From: Candidatus Latescibacterota bacterium
GTDB taxonomy: Bacteria; Latescibacterota; UBA2968; UBA8231
Length of the DNA: 64,000 bases
Assembly: GCA_965206595.1 (NCBI GenBank)
Contig: OZ242214.1
Span: 4,256,001 to 4,320,000 of the forward strand
Direction of reading: 5' to 3'
A model generated the notes under the pieces. It searched no databases and was not told the origin of the DNA. It was given only the letters and a program-made list of their open reading frames with translations. The first letter of the stretch is position 1. Each line of letters begins with the position of its first letter. The translations under genes and the position numbers were made by a program. Positions 20,354-31,325 of the stretch are shown here, piece after piece.

Positions 20354-22200
20354 GACTCCCTCGTAGAAACCCGGTTTTCGTGGGTAAGAATTGGCACCCA
20401 AAGCTAAAGTTTTCAACTATGAAACGAATCCGGAATGCGCTGCCATGAAGCTGCCTTCGGGCGCTATCGGCGCAGGGGCCCGATCCAAGACTTCAAGGGC
20501 CTTTTTCGGCGCCGAAAGGGACCTCTGCCCCCCTTTTCAGCCCATCGCCGGAGCTATGGTTTCGGGCTTGGGCGTAAGCGCCCGCAGCATTCTCTTGATA
20601 TTACAGGCCAGGGCTTTGAGGTAGACGGCCAGCTCCACGCGCCAACGCCCGCGCACGCGCAGGGCGCCCAGCCCGTGTCTTCGTTTCAGTTCCGAGACCG
20701 TGGCCTCGATGCCGGCGCGAATGCGATAGCGCTCCTTGAAGGCGCCGCTGGCCATGGCGCGGCGGCGGCGTTCGAGGTTGACGGCTTTCAGGTCCACGGT
20801 TACGGCGTAGCCGTCCCGGGCCCTGTTCCGTTTCACCGGGCAGACGGCAAGCAGGGCGCAGGTCTCACAGGCCTCGCGCTCGAAGGTCAGGATCACATGA
20901 TGGGGCTTCTTCTCACACGGCGTTTGCCTCTAGCCAGGTATCCGGCCGGGCAGATGGCCGGATCCCGGATACGGGCCTCGACGAGGAAGTCGGCCTCGGT
21001 CACCGTTTCGGGCCGCTCCTCGACATCGATCTGCGGGCCTTTGACCGGGCTGACCAACTCGGTGCCGAAGCGCTCGGCGGCCATGGCGTTGTCGCCGGAG
21101 CCGAAGGCGGTGTCGGCGACCAGCTCGTCGGGTCGTTGCCCGCGCTCTTCGAGGGCCTCCAGCACCGGCATCGTCGCGTGCTCGTCACTGACGCAGGCAT
21201 CGGTCACCGCTACGTGGGTGATCCTGTTCACGGTGTCGGTTGGGTCGTCGTCGGTTGGGTCGTCGTCGGCCTCGACGCAGGTCTCGGCGATCTGCACCTC
21301 ATACCCTTTGCCCTTGCGGCCGTGGTAGGTGGCCTCGGCATCATAGGGGCTTTGCAGCGAGTCGCTGCCGACCTTCTCAGGCGCCTTCAGCGCCACCGGC
21401 ACGCCGCCTTCGCCGGCGTCGTCGTCCTCGGTCGAGGGGCGCTGCTTGGCCGCGACCACCTCACACTGCTCGGCCAGCAGGCGCTGCAACAGCGCGTAGG
21501 ATTCCAGGCCCTCGGCCGCGGTGCCCGCAAACAGCTGATGGAGACGATACAGATCGCGCGCGCACACCGGCAGCCGCCTCTTGCCCGTGCCGGAGGGCGC
21601 GTCCTGGTAGGCCGTGGCGTTGCCGTCCTCCTTCAGGTAGCGCTCGCGCAGGCGCTTCGGCACCCGCCCGTACAGGCGCGGATGCTCCGCGGCCAGGGTC
21701 TTGAGAAAGTGACGGAGGGTCTCACACAACAGCCCCAGACGCGACAACACCGCGATGTTGCTGAGCACGTGGGTGGAGTCCAGACGCTGCCGGGTGACTT
21801 TCGTACCCAACGCTTGGAAAATGCCATCCGTGGTCGCCTCGAACGCCTGCCGGCCGCGGTCATGGGCCAGCAAGCGAGCGCGAAAGTTGTGCAGCGTCAG
21901 GACGTTGTTAGTCCTCGTCTTTTGCGCCAGGTGGGCCTCGTCCGGGGTCAGCTCCAGGGCGTGCTGCCACAACAGGCTGAACTCCAACTGCTCCAGCGCC
22001 TCGGCGTCGGTCAGAGCGAACATCTCCTTGAGCAGAAGCACGCCCAGGACCGTCGCCACCGGCTGGTTGGGACGACCGTTGTCGTCGCAATACAAGGACG
22101 CGAACTGTTCTTCGTCGATCAGCGGCAAGGCGTGCGCGCGAAAGGTCTCCGCCCAGCTCGCCTGCAGGCGCCGCTGCTTGGCCGGAGGAACCAGATTGCG
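20354..22200 (-). mobile_element. IS1182/IS5-like DDE element, transposase disrupted, left end lost
   Basis: LYCDDNGRPN, QRLDSTHV, GKGYEVQIAETC, LVADTAFGS, YRIRAGIEATVSELKR; break near 20900-20940; probable end gactccctcgtagaaa at 20354. Confidence 0.78.
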
Positions 22201-22204
22201 ACTC

Positions 22205-22275
22205 TCGGCAGACCCTACCGGATGACCCACACGCGGAGTGGTCGTCGACAATTCCACCGTACCCGCATCATCGCC
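22205..22275 (-). pseudogene. Tiny adhesin-module fragment
   Basis: DDAGTVELSTTTPRVGHPVG resembles DEEGTVTLSTTAPVVGHPLG in the 21-4460 protein. Confidence 0.55.
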
Positions 22276-22289
22276 CTCGACCTGCGCAT

Positions 22290-22900
22290 TCTGGGCACGC
22301 TGTCCCGGCGCCACCACCGCACGTACCTCATGTTCGTGCTTGAACGCTTCCCGCTTGTAGAACACCGGCGGAAATTCGGACACGGGCGTAGAATCCTTGT
22401 CGTACGCGATGTACGCCACGTACCCGAGGTACGTCCGGCAGCCGCTTCGTGAAACTCCCGACCAGCCGGGCCGGAGTGGTCCTGACAGCTACGCCGTACT
22501 CCTCGCCGGCAAACAGCTTCCACATCGCCTCGGACTCTTCTGCCTCCTGGTACCAGCAGTTGACGAATGTCGCCCCACGCGAAGCTCCCCGGCGAATCGT
22601 CCGGTTCCAATGGCTGATGGTCTCTTCGACCGACCAGTCGGGATCTACCCTTAGTAACTCCAGCCGCTGACCCTGCCTCCTGTCCTCAATGACCACATGG
22701 CAACCTCGCTCGTGAATCCACAATTCTTCCCTATCTCGAATCAACTCCAAGGTCCGGTCCGACCACTGTCCCTCGAACCGGTCGCCCAGCTTGTTCACAG
22801 TGTTGAAGAACAGACCACGATTGCTCACAAGCGCCAACAACTTCGCCAAGTCCATGTAACGCCAGAGCGTCGCGTTCCCCTCTGGAATCTCGATTCGAAC
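22290..22900 (-). pseudogene. DUF2971-like protein, frameshifted and truncated
   Basis: LWRYMDLAK...D.FEG...VNCW...ESEAMWKLF...YKREAFKHEHEVR across two frames. Confidence 0.65.
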
Positions 22901-23307
22901 TACCCGGATGCTTCACCTCGAAGGGTTCGACCCCACTTCTCGCCGCGTCCCGCATCCACTTGGTCTGTCCGAATCCCCACATGTCTGACCCCCTTGCTCC
23001 GTTTCTTGTCCAACGCGCCGCCTCTCCACTCCCCGAATCGTTGAAGCTCCCCGACATTCCCGGGGAATACGACACCGACCCAGTTTGGACAGCGGCCGTC
23101 GGGTTGCGCTGCCCGTTTAGTTGGGTCGAGGCAACGAGCACAACGGCGGATTGGTCTGGATCGAGCATCGGAAAAAGAACACGGATCGGTTCGTGAAGCT
23201 GCTCGAGCACCTTCCCCGCTCATATAAGCCAAAGCGCATCGTGCTAGTCTTGAAAACCTGAATCCGTGATCGCTTCTATAGCAACTGATGAAGATCGCGA
23301 CAAGCTG

Positions 23308-23425
23308 AACCACATCCTCTGCAAGGTGGAGACCCACAACCACCCGACGGCGCTCTCCCCCTTCCCCGCCTCGATCGGGGTCGGCGGCGAGATCCGCGAC
23401 GAGGGGACGACCGGCATCGGCGGCG
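23308..23425 (+). pseudogene. purL: Isolated internal fragment of phosphoribosylformylglycinamidine synthase
   Basis: [19 protein letters not shown]...[13 protein letters not shown] matches the Pur[30 protein letters not shown] motif. Confidence 0.78.
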
Positions 23426-23885
23426 CAACTGGATCTGTTCGAACCCCGAGCATTGTGGCAGTTCAGAGATGAAAAATGCCCTGTTTTTATGCAACCAGAG
23501 GGTTAACTCAAGACACGAACTACTCTCCACCAGACAGAATGGCTGACGGCCTTCTCCTTGGTCCGGATGGTTTCGTGCCTGACAACAGTGCCGTGGAGAT
23601 GGATTCATGGGCTCGAATCAAAGCTTTGGAGGTCAAGTGATGCAGGTACCCTTACCTTGCCTGTCCTTTCTTTTCTGGCTACAACCTGCTGTCGTTCACG
23701 ATTCGAGAAGGCAGGGCTGTTGTCATTACGCGGGATTTAAATTTGGGAATTATATAGATGATTAGGCAGGAGCCCCCAAAAGCGGCCCCATAGGACCAGG
23801 ACCGCAAAGCGGGCTCGTCGTATCATGCCTAATCCAGAATGACCGTAGGCGAGTTTCTTCCAAAATTTCATGGCGTGGAATCCCT

Positions 23886-24134
23886 TTACTCCAAATAATA
23901 CCCGGAGGCCGTGGCCTTGTAGTTGTACGCCATGTCCCGGATTTCCTCGAAGGTTGGAACAATAAAGAGTTGGGGTCTCTGGTCCCTCAATGCAGGCCGC
24001 CGTTGGATTGAGATTCGCCCGTCCTGGCGGGTTTTGAGGTGCCCGCCTTCCGGGTCCTCAAGGTGGGCGTAAAGTTGCAAAGCGACCTGTTGTAACCCGT
24101 GGGCAACGTCGCGCAGTTCCGCTTCGTAATCCAT
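23886..24134 (-). CDS. Hypothetical protein, 82 aa
   Basis: ATG preceded by aaggagggg; no recognisable motif. Confidence 0.45.
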   Translation of the reverse strand: MDYEAELRDVAHGLQQVALQLYAHLEDPEGGHLKTRQDGRISIQRRPALRDQRPQLFIVPTFEEIRDMAYNYKATASGYYLE

Positions 24135-24165
24135 GAAACCCCTCCTTTGGTGCAAAAGTAACCGC

Positions 24166-24345
24166 CTACCAGAAGTCCCGCTGACGGCAGCCGGAATACA
24201 CCCGGGCAAGCGCGGCTTTTTCCCGGGCACCTACGCTGAGGCCGTACTTCGCCCTTACTCGGATTACGGTGCCCACGAACCAGCACTGACTCCGTTGCGG
24301 TAGCCATTCGGCCGCATCCTTGGCCGACTTTCCAAGGTTCACGCC
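24166..24345 (-). pseudogene. C-terminal remnant of a DUF1524/HNH-type nuclease
   Basis: VNLGKSAKDAAEWLP...CWF...KYGLSV..REKAAL...C. Confidence 0.6.
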
Positions 24346-24544
24346 GGCGGGAAACGGCCCGGCGGCCCATGCGCCTGCCCCGGGATAGGCCATCGGCCAA
24401 GCCCTGAGCTTGGCCGATGGCCTATCGAATCTGGACCCGTAGTGGCTATTTTGAAGGGAATGCCAGGAGCAAGTCAATGAGTGATCGATCAAGAGAAGCT
24501 ACCTGACTGCGTATCGGAATCCCCGAAGCGGCCCGTTGGTCGTC

Positions 24545-25813
24545 TCAATTGCTGACGCACCGAAGCGTCAGGGATTGGAGGCCCCGAAGTACGATGCCCT
24601 TGCGAAACCGCGGGCGATCCCCAAGCAGCCTCATCGACTTGAACCGGTCGAGCAGCATCTCCAGAACGATCCGGCCCTCCAGACGCGCCAGCGGAGCGCC
24701 CAGGCAATGGTGGATCCCGCCCCCGAACGAGAGGTGCCGACCCTGGCGGCGGTCGATGTCGAGCCCGTCCGGATTGACGAACATGTCCGGATCCCGGTTG
24801 GCCGCGCCCAGAAGGAGCACGATGTTGTCGCGTTTCCGCAACGGAAAGCCGTTCACCTCGCAGTCCGCGAGCACACGCCGAAAATCGGCCTGCACCGGAG
24901 AGTCGAAGCGCAGCAGCTCTTCCACTGCCGCCGGGATCAGGCCCGGGTCCTCCCTGAGTCGCTGAAGCTGATCGGGATTGCGAACCAGGGCCAGGATGCC
25001 GTTGCCGATCAGGTTGGCCGTGGTCTCGGTGCCGGCGCTCAGGAGCAGGCGCAGCATGTTCAGCGTCTCGCGTTCGCTCAGCTGTTCACCTTCGTCCTGC
25101 GCGCGCACCAGGGCGCTGACGATGTCCTCCCGCGGCGAGGCCCGCCGCTCCTCGATGATCGGTCGAAAATAGGCGTCAAAAGCTCGGGAGGCCGCTCCGC
25201 CGGCCTTGCGTTCGCGCCGACGGATCGTCGGTTCCAGCAGACGCGCGCGCTGCGCCGCCCACATTGCGAATCGGGCCCTGTCTTCAGACGGAACGCCCAG
25301 CATCTCGGCCATGACCATCACCGGCAGGGGCCGAGCCACCGCCTCCATGAGATCGAACGCGGATGGGTCGTCGATGTCGTCCAGCAGGCCTCCCAGAATG
25401 CTGCGGACGCGGGACTCCAGCGCATGGACGGCCCCCGGGGTGAAGGCTTTGCTGACGAGCGCCCGCAGCCGCGTGTGGTCCGGAGGATCCAGAAACAGCA
25501 ACGTGAATTCGTGCGGCGGGGGCAGCATGGCCCGCTGTCGAGACGATAGCAGGCCCTTGCGCGGGTCATTGCCGAAACGCCGATGGTCGTGCAGGATGGC
25601 GCCCACATCGGCGTGGCGCGTGAACACCCAGGCCCTCAACAACCGGCTGCGGTGCACCGGAGCCCGGTCGCGCAGGGCCGCATAGGCGGGATAGGGATCC
25701 TGGGCCGTCCGCGCCGAGAGCGGGTTGTAGGCCACTCCGCGCCGCCAGCGCTCGGGCCGAACCACCGCGCCCGCGACCGCGGATCGTATCGCTTCGCCAA
25801 CTGAAAACATCAT
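24545..25813 (-). CDS. Cytochrome P450
   Basis: DPPDHTRLR, AGTETT, EELLR (ExxR), HLSFGGGIHHCLG heme motif; RBS ggagg before ATG 25813. Confidence 0.95.
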   Translation of the reverse strand: MMFSVGEAIRSAVAGAVVRPERWRRGVAYNPLSARTAQDPYPAYAALRDRAPVHRSRLLRAWVFTRHADVGAILHDHRRFGNDPRKGLLSSRQRAMLPPPHEFTLLFLDPPDHTRLRALVSKAFTPGAVHALESRVRSILGGLLDDIDDPSAFDLMEAVARPLPVMVMAEMLGVPSEDRARFAMWAAQRARLLEPTIRRRERKAGGAASRAFDAYFRPIIEERRASPREDIVSALVRAQDEGEQLSERETLNMLRLLLSAGTETTANLIGNGILALVRNPDQLQRLREDPGLIPAAVEELLRFDSPVQADFRRVLADCEVNGFPLRKRDNIVLLLGAANRDPDMFVNPDGLDIDRRQGRHLSFGGGIHHCLGAPLARLEGRIVLEMLLDRFKSMRLLGDRPRFRKGIVLRGLQSLTLRCVSN

Positions 25814-26133
25814 CGCCTCCCGGGCCGCCGACACTCTGACCCCCCTCAACGACCGTTGCCCCATGGCATCGCCGGGGGCTCCCATGGGGAGCGGAGCCGC
25901 CTCCCTCTCTGGTATTAGTGTATCGTACAGGCAATGGTCATGACAATGAAGGGAGCGCTACCTTCCTGCGACTCGGCGCCGGGGGCGGAAACGGCCCTCG
26001 CCGACGCCGCGGGCCCCCGGCCGCATCGGGGCGCAGGGTTGCGACGCAGCATCAACGAAACGAGGGAGGGTTCTTTGGCGCACGAGCCGATCGGAATCGG
26101 GGCGGCCGGCGGGTCGCAGGCGACGGTACGCCG

Positions 26134-27285
26134 ATGAGCGAACGGGAGGCGTTCGACGCCATCCTGGCCTCGCTGCACGAGACGGCGCTCGACCGTGCGC
26201 ACTGGTCGAGCGCCACCGCGCTCATCGACGACGCCCTCGGCACGCACGGCAGCAGCATGGTGTTCGGCGGCGGCGACTCCGCGGAAGAGATCCGGATGGT
26301 CTTTGCGTGGTCGTTCGTCCGCGGACAACGGGACCGGGCCCTGGAGCGGGAATACTTCCGGACCTACTACCCCCGGGACGAACGGGCCCCGCGCCTGCGG
26401 CGTCTCCCCGACAGCCGGCTGGTCCATATCACCGACCTCTACACCGACGAGGAACTCAAGACCTCCGCGGCGTACAACGAGCTGCTGCCCCGCGCCCGCG
26501 CCTGCAACAGCATCAACGTGCGCCTGGACGGGCCGCATGGCTCGCGGATCGTCTGGGTCGTCAACGACCCGGTCGACGGAGACGGCTGGTCGTCCGCCCG
26601 GATCGACCTGATCCAGCGTCTCCTGCCCCATATCCGCCAGTGCGTGCGCGCGCAGCAGGCGCTGGCCGGGGCCGGCGCGCTGGGTGCGTCCCTGGCGACG
26701 CTGCTCGACACCACCGGGTTGGGCCTGGTGCAGCTCGACGGCCGCGGGCGGATCGTGGAGGCGAACGACCGCGCCCGGGATGTGATCCGGACCGGCGAAG
26801 GTCTGTTCGACGAGGGCGGTTTCCTCCACGCCCGCTCGACGGAGGACGACGCCCAACTCCAGGCGGTGTTGGCGCGAGCGCTGCCGCCGTTCGGGGCTCA
26901 GGGCGCCGCCGGGTCGACGATGGTCAGCCGCCCTCCTCCCCGGCCGCCGCTGGCGCTGCACGTCAACCCGGTGGGCTGGCCGGAGACGGACTTGCGGGTC
27001 TGGCCGGTCGCGGCGCTGGTGCTGGTCGCCGACCCGGCGAGTCGGACCCGCATCGATCCGGCCGCGGCGGCGGCGGCGCTCGGGCTCACGGGGATGCAGA
27101 GCCGCGTGGCGGTGCTGTTGGCCGAAGGCCTGACCGTCCGCGAGATCGCCGCGGCGACGGGCCGCGGAGAAAGCACGATCCGCTCGCATGTGAAGCACAT
27201 GTTCGCCAAGCATGGCCTGTCGCGTCAGGCGGACCTGGTGCGGCTTGTGCTTGCGCTGGGCGGCGCTCCGGAGTCCCGGCCCTGA
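26134..27285 (+). CDS. LuxR-type HTH regulator with GAF/PAS-like N-terminal region
   Basis: C-terminal GLTGMQSRVAVLLAEGLTVREIA...TIRSHVKHMFAKHGLSRQADLV; LDGRGRIVEAN PAS-like segment. Confidence 0.85.
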   Translation: MSEREAFDAILASLHETALDRAHWSSATALIDDALGTHGSSMVFGGGDSAEEIRMVFAWSFVRGQRDRALEREYFRTYYPRDERAPRLRRLPDSRLVHITDLYTDEELKTSAAYNELLPRARACNSINVRLDGPHGSRIVWVVNDPVDGDGWSSARIDLIQRLLPHIRQCVRAQQALAGAGALGASLATLLDTTGLGLVQLDGRGRIVEANDRARDVIRTGEGLFDEGGFLHARSTEDDAQLQAVLARALPPFGAQGAAGSTMVSRPPPRPPLALHVNPVGWPETDLRVWPVAALVLVADPASRTRIDPAAAAAALGLTGMQSRVAVLLAEGLTVREIAAATGRGESTIRSHVKHMFAKHGLSRQADLVRLVLALGGAPESRP

Positions 27286-27541
27286 AGGCGGAAGCCGCCG
27301 CGGATCGGCGCTGACCCCGGCCGCCCGTAAAGTCCGAATCCTGCCCCACAAATCGCCAAATCTCCCCAATGTTGGGGACGCGCAAATGAGCCCAACCCTG
27401 TTAAATTTGTCGTTCGCGTCCAGGCTTCGTCGATTTGTTTTTCGGCATCCTTGCGTGCTCGTCGGGAGACCGGTGGACGGGGATCGCCGGTTCTGGAACA
27501 GGCCCGAACCGTCGTCCCCCCCAGAAGCGAGGAGTCATCGA

Positions 27542-30019
27542 ATGGATTCAGGCATCGGAGACGCGGCCGTGTCGCGCACATCGCCGGTGAGGGCCGGATG
27601 GATGGGGCTGTGGACCGGGAGAGCCGGGCGGGCGGTTGTCGCCGCGGGCACGGGGACCGGCACGATGGCTTTGGCCGGGCCGTGGACGGATGCACGGCGC
27701 GCGCCATGGGTCGGCTGCACCGATGCGGCCCCCGGCCGGCCCCCTGAATCCTCCCCGCCCTCTCCGGGCGGGTCCTCTTCCGCGTCCAACCATCGCGCGT
27801 CCCACCCGTCGGCGGCGGCACGCGCAGGTTCTGTCGCCTGCCACGCAGCGGCTGCGGTCCTCGTGACCTCCGCCGTGCTGTTTGCCGCGGCCCTCCCCGC
27901 GCAAGCCCAGACCACGATCTGGTCGGCCACGCTGACGCCGGGGGTCACATCCTTAGGGACTCCCGTACCGTTGGGCTGCGACAACACCTCGACGGAGAAT
28001 ATAAGATGCAGCGACTCGAACACGTTGAGCGACGCCGACTTCACCGATGACGGTACGGACTACGAGGTCACTAAATTTTTTACCAAGGACGGAGGCTTGA
28101 CATTCAGGCTCGATACGGGTGCCACAGCCGCCACACAGGGTCTGACACTGGTGATTGACGGCGAGGAATTCGTCCTTAAGGAGGCCGACCGGATCAACGG
28201 CGCCAAGACTCAATGGAAGTGGAATAACACCAACCTGAGTTGGACTGCCGGGACCGACGTCGCCGTGTCGCTCGTTGTGACCGACGCTCCCGCCACCGGC
28301 CAGCCGACGATTTCCGGTGGGGGGCAGGTGAGCAAGACGCTGACGGCGGCGACGGACGACATCGAGGACCCGAATGGGCTGCCGACGACCCCCACGTTCA
28401 CCTACCAGTGGGTGCGGGTGGACGGCTCCACCGACACAGACATCCCCGGGGCGGCCTCCGAAACCTACACGCTGACCGCGTCCGACCTGGGCAAGCAGAT
28501 CAAGGTGAAGGTGAGCTTCACCGACTCCCGGGGCCACGCCGAGGGCCCGCTCACGAGCGACGCGTATCCCCGGAACGGGACAGTGACAGTGGTGGTGTTG
28601 CCGGGCCCCTGTCCCGCGGTCAACGACTGGTGCGCGACGATGACGGTGGCAGACGCCGAAGGCGACGGCCGTTTGCTCGGGTATGAGTATGACAAGTTCG
28701 GCTCGCTCGACGACGACCAGATCGAATACGGCGACGAAGAATTCAACGTCTGGACGGTGCACACCTATAAGTACCTGTCCCGTGCTTACTTTTACTTCGG
28801 CTCCATACCGCGGGTGCCGCGCGGCACGGTGGTCACCGTTGGCGAGCACACGTTTACAACGGACATGGAGTCGGATGACGGCAGCACGGGCGATTTATGG
28901 CACTCTCCCGCCGGCGAGTTGCCCCCCGGCCTGGTCTGGCCGGACGGCCAGGAAGTCAGGGTCAGTCTCGTGTTGGGGAGCTCGCCACCTAGACTCTCGA
29001 TCGCGGACGCCAGCGCCGCCGAGAACGACGGCCACCTCATGTTCGATGTCACGCTCTCACCAGCTTCGCCGCACACGGTGAAGGTCGACTTCGAGACTAT
29101 TTCGGGAGGCACCGCCACCGAAGGCGTCGACTACTGGGCGCACGACTACACCCACGTCATTCCGGCGGGAGAGATGACCACGCAGATGGGCTTCGCGCTC
29201 ATTGAGGACGCGGTCACCGACGACGACGAGACGGTGATGGTAAGGCTCAGCAACGCGCGCCTGATCAATAAGCGCGGCAAAAAGAAAGCGGACCTCAACA
29301 TCACGCCCGCCGAGGCGACGGGAACGATCACCGCGCCGACCACCACGACCACCACGACCGACGTGCCGGGTCTGACCATTGGGATCCAAGACGCGACCGG
29401 GGACGAGGACGACGGGTGGCTCCTTTTCAAAGTCAAGCTCTCGCGGAAGTCTGACGACCTTGTGTGTTACGACTTCGAGGCCATCTCGGGCGGCACCGCC
29501 ACGGAAGGAACGGACTACCTCAAGATCCCGAAAGCCACGTACTGGATGGCGATCGGAAAAAAAGTGGACAAGCCCTTCGTCCTCATCATCGACGATAGGG
29601 TGAACGACAACGGCGAGACCGTGATGGTCAAGATCAGCAATGCACGGCTGTGCGATGACGCATCCCAGACGCTCGAAATCACGAGGGCGGAGGCGACGGG
29701 GACCATCACGGAGACCAGCGCCAAATCGGTGGTTGCGCTCCAGACGTTCGCTCTATACGCCAACTATCCCAACCCATTCAATGCCGAAACGCAGATGACC
29801 TACGCGCTGCCGGTGGCTGGTGCAGTGGAATTGGCCATCTACAATGTCCGGGGACAGCGGGTGCGCACCTTAGTCCAAGGCGTGCAGGCGGCGGGGCGCT
29901 ACCAGATTGTCTGGGATGGCCGCAACGACACCGGGGCGGGCTTGGCCAGCGGGGTGTATCTGTCTCGGCTCACCAGCACGCAGGGGGTACGGGTGCGGCG
30001 GCTGTTGCTCATAAAATAG
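27542..30019 (+). CDS. Secreted adhesin-like protein (Ig-like, two Calx-beta) with C-terminal FlgD-Ig/T9SS-type domain; start uncertain
   Basis: Signal-like ALPAQAQ; ATGQPTISG...YQW module; two LSIADA..E...TATEGxDY Calx-beta repeats; NYPNPFNAET...IYNVRGQRVRTL...WDGRND...SGVY. Confidence 0.82.
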   Translation: MDSGIGDAAVSRTSPVRAGWMGLWTGRAGRAVVAAGTGTGTMALAGPWTDARRAPWVGCTDAAPGRPPESSPPSPGGSSSASNHRASHPSAAARAGSVACHAAAAVLVTSAVLFAAALPAQAQTTIWSATLTPGVTSLGTPVPLGCDNTSTENIRCSDSNTLSDADFTDDGTDYEVTKFFTKDGGLTFRLDTGATAATQGLTLVIDGEEFVLKEADRINGAKTQWKWNNTNLSWTAGTDVAVSLVVTDAPATGQPTISGGGQVSKTLTAATDDIEDPNGLPTTPTFTYQWVRVDGSTDTDIPGAASETYTLTASDLGKQIKVKVSFTDSRGHAEGPLTSDAYPRNGTVTVVVLPGPCPAVNDWCATMTVADAEGDGRLLGYEYDKFGSLDDDQIEYGDEEFNVWTVHTYKYLSRAYFYFGSIPRVPRGTVVTVGEHTFTTDMESDDGSTGDLWHSPAGELPPGLVWPDGQEVRVSLVLGSSPPRLSIADASAAENDGHLMFDVTLSPASPHTVKVDFETISGGTATEGVDYWAHDYTHVIPAGEMTTQMGFALIEDAVTDDDETVMVRLSNARLINKRGKKKADLNITPAEATGTITAPTTTTTTTDVPGLTIGIQDATGDEDDGWLLFKVKLSRKSDDLVCYDFEAISGGTATEGTDYLKIPKATYWMAIGKKVDKPFVLIIDDRVNDNGETVMVKISNARLCDDASQTLEITRAEATGTITETSAKSVVALQTFALYANYPNPFNAETQMTYALPVAGAVELAIYNVRGQRVRTLVQGVQAAGRYQIVWDGRNDTGAGLASGVYLSRLTSTQGVRVRRLLLIK

Positions 30020-30318
30020 GGCTCTTCTGGAGAATCTGTGGGTGAGGAGGGGAGGCTGCGGCGATGGGAATAGAGGAGGCCAGGTAGCACAGGCGCATCA
30101 TCCCCCGGTATGTTGGGACAGTCCACCAAGACCGAACCCAACTACCTGTGGAGGGAATGATGCGCCTGATCACGGTACTAAACCGGTGCACGACCTCCAA
30201 GCGGTTTGTGTTTGAGGGCAGTCATTTTGACCGGCACGGAAGGATAATGGTGAGGATAAGGCCACGGAAGAACTCCCGGGGCGCGTGCAGCGGCTGCGGT
30301 CACTTGGCCCCCACCTAT
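30020..30318 (+). mobile_element. ISL3-family left-end remnant truncated by IS5
   Basis: Starts ggctcttctggagaat; ORF MRLITVLNR...IRPRKNSRGACSGCG is a typical ISL3 N-terminus. Confidence 0.7.
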
Positions 30319-31168
30319 GAACCTATCTCAAAATTGAAATTGTTTAAGTAAAATCAAAATGGATGCAAGTTGGACGAAGCCAAGAAAATTCTCCGGATAC
30401 AATTCCCAGCGCGTGATCACTCGACGCTGCCATTGAAGCCAAGCAAAGAACCTCTCAACCATCCAACGCCGCACATAACGCCGCAATCGCCGTCCGTCCT
30501 GAGTCTTTTTCTTGGTCCGATTCTGGCGATGCGGGGCGATCATCTCGATCCCGTCTTTCCTAAGCTCTTCATCCAACGAATCGCTGTCGTACGCCTTGTC
30601 GCCGATCAAGTTGTCAGGTTGGTCTTCGATCAGGTAAAAATCAAAGGTCAACTGAACCAGCGTCACTTCATGATGGTTCGCTGCATGCGTGCTCACCGCC
30701 AAGGGAAGCCCATTGCCGTCCACGATCCCCATGACCCGCACTCCCTTACCTCGCTTGGTGTGGCCGATATCGGAACCTCCACCCTTGGCCGCCGAGAACA
30801 TGCCATCGATGAAAGCCTCCGATTCGTCCAAGCCCCCTTGCTCGTGAAGTGTCTGGGCCAGGTCCATGAGAACTTCGCGTACTACCCCTTGACGACACCA
30901 GTTTTGAAAACGGCGATGCACGGTTTTGTAGTTCGGATAGCACGGCGGCAACATATGCCATTGAGCCCCGGTGCTTAGAATCCAGAGGACGGCTTCAAAA
31001 ACATCACGCGTGCAAACCGGTTTGCGACCCGGATGGCTCTTGGGACGAAGTTCTTCAGGAAAGTGATGCCGGATTCGTTGCCATTGCATGTCGGTCAGAT
31101 TGACCATACACCAAGGGTACATCACTATCATTTCGAAAACAAGTTTTTGCCTATTTTGAGATAGGTTC
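30319..31168 (-). mobile_element. IS5-family element, copy 2 (inverted, diverged isoform of copy 1)
   Basis: Same 16-bp IRs; highly similar but not identical to 15871-16724. Confidence 0.92.
30328..31107 (-). CDS. IS5-family transposase
   Basis: Near-identical protein to 15936-16715. Confidence 0.92.
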   Translation of the reverse strand: MVNLTDMQWQRIRHHFPEELRPKSHPGRKPVCTRDVFEAVLWILSTGAQWHMLPPCYPNYKTVHRRFQNWCRQGVVREVLMDLAQTLHEQGGLDESEAFIDGMFSAAKGGGSDIGHTKRGKGVRVMGIVDGNGLPLAVSTHAANHHEVTLVQLTFDFYLIEDQPDNLIGDKAYDSDSLDEELRKDGIEMIAPHRQNRTKKKTQDGRRLRRYVRRWMVERFFAWLQWQRRVITRWELYPENFLGFVQLASILILLKQFQF

Positions 31169-31325
31169 ATGAAAAACCTGAACCCCCTTACTACCGGTGG
31201 CGCCGAAAACGTGACCGCGAAGAAACGCAGGTTTATTTGTGCGGAGCGTGTTACGAGAGGTTGACAGCCGGCCCGGAATCAGGCTGAGTTCCTTGAACTC
31301 ATTTTTCCAGCGAAAGGAGTAGCAA

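Noticed and set aside
21235-21269. 15-bp tandem repeat encoding DDPTD in the transposase
   Set aside because: Simple slippage duplication in a dead element.
20893-22419. 508-aa DUF2971-adhesin-transposase fusion ORF (similarly 57514-58593, 58664-59371, 17535-18056)
   Set aside because: Chance read-through across deletion or insertion junctions, not evolved fusions.
15871-31168. Composite transposon bounded by the two inverted IS5 copies
   Set aside because: The copies have diverged and the outer flanks share no target duplication; independent insertions are more likely.
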